From NCBI GenBank assembly GCA_036172245.1, contig JAYWIR010000026.1, forward strand, positions 2,914,001-2,978,000: 64,000 bases of DNA, given 5' to 3'. The stretch is from Raillietiella orientalis (Eukaryota). Positions 60,930 to 64,000 of the stretch are shown here, piece by piece (within the stretch, counting starts at the first letter, position 1; each line of letters opens with the position of its first letter). The translations under genes were made by a program, and so were the position numbers. A model generated the notes under the pieces. It had not been told where the DNA came from, ran no database searches, and saw only the letters and a list, made by a program, of their open reading frames with translations.

Positions 60930-63900
60930 ACTTTATTGTATCCATGTTAAAAGTTGAGACTGTATAGCAGGGGAGATGCTCTTACAGCTCAAGGGGTACA
61001 TGGAGTGAGAGTATACAAGTGACCAGCGTAGCGCTGATCTTTCTGTAAATCAGACGTCATATGTCTGAGGAACGCGGCCACGTAATGTTTATCAGGGCAA
61101 ACATTTGCCTTTATTTTTTACGTGGCCGAGATTTACAAATGGTTTTAGGTCCTTAGATCTTAAGTTATTGTTTTGGTTTGAGGACATAGGGTCCTGGCCG
61201 TGCGATTTTCCCAGGCAGAATCTGCCTTTATTTCTCGCACAGACCAAGAGTACATGGCACAGAGGTAGGTAACATAGTTTTCTTGATCATTCTCAAGTCC
61301 AAAAGTTTGGTTGTGGAGGTAAACAGCTGCCTCTACTGCTGGATCAGGTCTTGAAGGGCGGCACGGCACCACGGGACGGTCGGTATTACGCTGGTTTTGT
61401 CCGTTTTGGATGAGACGTGGTCGGCATAGATATTCCTGGCTGCACGGATTACAGAGCACACGAGCTTAGGGCGAATTGCCTTTATTTCGTGGCTGCTCAG
61501 GCCCATGCAGCTCAGGACCGAGTCGTTCTTGGGGTGCCAGCTACCTAACGATCCAATCACAAAGGCTTCAACCTTAACGTTGTAGCCCTTTCTCTCATAT
61601 CTCCTGCGGAGGTCAGCATACTTCGCAATTTTGTTTTTTCTTGCCGCATCCATTGCTTCCTTCCGTTTCTCGGAGGGGATGCACACATCCACGATGATCA
61701 AGCGTTGTCCATTGGATGCGACGATGTCGGGCCGCAGATTGCTATCGATGGATACGTCTGCTCTATCGACCGAAAAGTGGCCCCATTTCGGTCGAGCGGA
61801 ACGCTCTAGCATGGCTAATATGGTGTTATGCCTAACTGTAATTGTAGTTCCCAGATGTTTGGTGCAGTGACAAAGCACATGGGACAGAGTTTCCTTCGGG
61901 TACGGGCAATGTCTGCAGGCCTCGTAGAAGTCCGGTCGCTTTCGATTCCCGTTTAGAAACATCTGATTAAGGCGGGCCCTGTGGATAAATTTCCAGTCGC
62001 AATGACGAATTAACTCGGGCCTGTCCAAAAAGGCCATAGAGGCTGGATAAAGGGCTACGCAATCCATAATGCGGCCCTGGTCCGGTTTACTTCTCAGCAC
62101 ATTACTTCTTTGGAGCCTTTTCAAGCCCCGAATGGATCGGGCTATTATTTTCCGGTCATTCTCGCGGAGAGTCCTATTGGAAAGTTGGATGGATACTTTG
62201 CTTGCTCGAATAGACCACTGTAGGTTAAGCCTCTTCGAGGCTTCGCGAGCTCTGGACCAATAGTCGTTGGGGTCTCCCGACTGTCGATGAAAAGGAGGGT
62301 CAATGTCTTCGCTAATATAACCGGATATTAAGGTGTCAGACGGTTGTTGTCGCACCTTCCTCCGGACAGTTTTATTCAGAGAGGCACAGGCCATCTCTCT
62401 TATGGTTAGGTCAGGGCGTGTCAGTATTTTAAACGCTAAATCAATGGCCATAATATCGGCCTCTTCGGCGAGGATCATCAGCCCTAGACCACCATATCTC
62501 TGAGACCCGTAGAGATACTCTGTGGAAGAGGCTCTGGTCAGCAGGAGAATGTCCTTCTTCAAGGTTTTCTTAATTACTTCATCCAGGTCGCTCCAAAAGC
62601 CCCTGGGCTTAGAGCCCATCCGCATGGAGTGGATGAAGGATGGAAAAATAAACGTTTTTAATGCATCTAGCGTTTGCCACGGAGCTAGTGGTGCCTCCAG
62701 GATTTTGGCAACGCTGGATCGGATGTCGGCTTCAAGCGCATCACGGTGGATGGCATCGAACCCAATCGGCTTCCCCAGGTAGCTGTAGGTGCCAACGTCT
62801 GTGAGGGCGGGCAAGAGCTCACCCGCCACTCGGAATCGTTGGCGTCCAACAGTTCTTGGGGTGCTCGGATCGTACTGAAACGATGCACACTTCTTGGCAT
62901 TAATTGACAAACCGAGTCGAGATGCCATTGCGCTAGCACAATCAAGTGCTTTTTGAAGTTCAGCCGCATCCTTTGCTAATATGACTAAGTCATCTGCGTA
63001 GGCTAACAGATTAGCTTTAGGCACTTGGCTCTTGATGCATACACAAAGAGGCTCTAATGTGATGTTAAATAGCAAGCTTGATAGAGGGCAACCTTGCTTG
63101 TCCCCCCTTTTGAGGGGAATGGGCGCTGATAGCCCTTCTTTGGTAACAATCCGGGTGGTGTTCCCGGAATACATCTGGCAGACAAGCTCTGCAAACTTTT
63201 CACCAGCATTTGCGCTGTGAAGTGTGCTTAGCAGCTGCGAATGGGGGACCGTTGCAAAAGCATCTTTAAGGTCCAACCAAGCAATATTTATGAATTGATG
63301 GTGACGTTTACAGTATTCCATCTGGTGTCTAAGCATGAAATTATGCTCCATAACACCGTCATATGGAAGAAAGCCCTTCTGGTGCGGGCCAAGAATCCTG
63401 TTTGCCGAGATCCAGTCGCGGAGTCTTCTGGCGAGGCATTTTGCGAATATTTTTCCAATAGTCCGGCTAATGGCTATTGGCCGAAAGTGTGCGGGATCTT
63501 CGCTTCTTACTGCAGAATTTTTTGAGATTAGCGTCGTCCTCAATTCCTTCCATTCGTGGGGAATGCGGTGGTGTGCCAAACAGATGTTAAATATCGCTTT
63601 TAGAAACCGACACTCTGAATCGAGTTTCTGAAAGGCAGAGTAGGGGATACCATCCGACCCGGGCGCCGTGTCTTCACACTGTCGGAGACAATTGGCGATT
63701 TCAGGGGGAATCAAAGGGAGACATATCCACTTGCGCTTCCGTTGATCCTTCCACGGGGTCCCACGCCACGGAGCGAAAGTCGGGACGAGCCTTAAACAGC
63801 TCCTTGAAATATAGTTCGACACGCTCAGGGGATGCCTGGCATTGTACTTGGTTGCCGTCCAAGATATGCCTGATCGCCCTTCGGCGATTCCTGCCGTACA

Positions 63901-64000
63901 TCCTCTGCAGCGACTTAGCAGACACACTTAGTTGCCGGTGTTCTTGGGTTGGGGGGGTGAAGAGACGTAGTTTGAGGATGTTTCTGATCGCGTCATAAGC
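60930..64000 (-). mobile_element. RLE-type non-LTR retrotransposon (NeSL/Utopia/R2 group); 5' part lies beyond the window
   Basis: Long ORF plus ~400-nt structured 3' UTR with AATAAA near 60932-60937. The exact 3' terminus is uncertain. Confidence 0.9.
61333..63998 (-). CDS. RT-CCHC-restriction-like endonuclease polyprotein (partial; one frameshift near 63715)
   Basis: LQRMYGRNRRRAIRHI (upstream frame); TAPGSDGI, FRPIA, QKGF, WLDLKDAF, QGCPLS, YADD, YLG; CRHC...HVLCHC; RHN, RPDIV, DV.IP, K..KY, FVIGSLGSW. Confidence 0.92.

Overview
Eukaryotic, repeat-dense DNA with no confidently identifiable host gene. The window is dominated by non-LTR retrotransposons. From about 8.7 to 39.3 kb is a deeply nested pile of L1/Tx1-clade elements (gag-like CCHC ORF1; APE-RT-CCHC ORF2), with further decayed copies at 42-60 kb. 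A restriction-like-endonuclease (RLE; NeSL/Utopia/R2-type) element runs off the right edge. I sort the Tx1-like pieces by eye into working families. B is the near-intact 5.6-kb element at 21735-27360 and its relatives. D has the 'YxPALRY' ORF1 and 'TPGALAVAVDLHKAFD' RT. A has a 3' UTR containing GACCCGGCAGG. C is the element at 35424-37027 and relatives. X has the 'AYNPSLVYKL' ORF1 and may be the 5' half of C. Main result: family B appears to be a sequence-specific retrotransposon whose target is a 12-bp site (CGACTCGGCARG) inside ORF1 of family D. It is seen at four D loci, always antisense, including a tandem double insertion with the site triplicated. Families A and D also seem to re-use homologous antisense positions in one another, suggesting retrotransposons that target each other. 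Coordinates of decayed fragments are approximate and family assignments are by visual alignment only.
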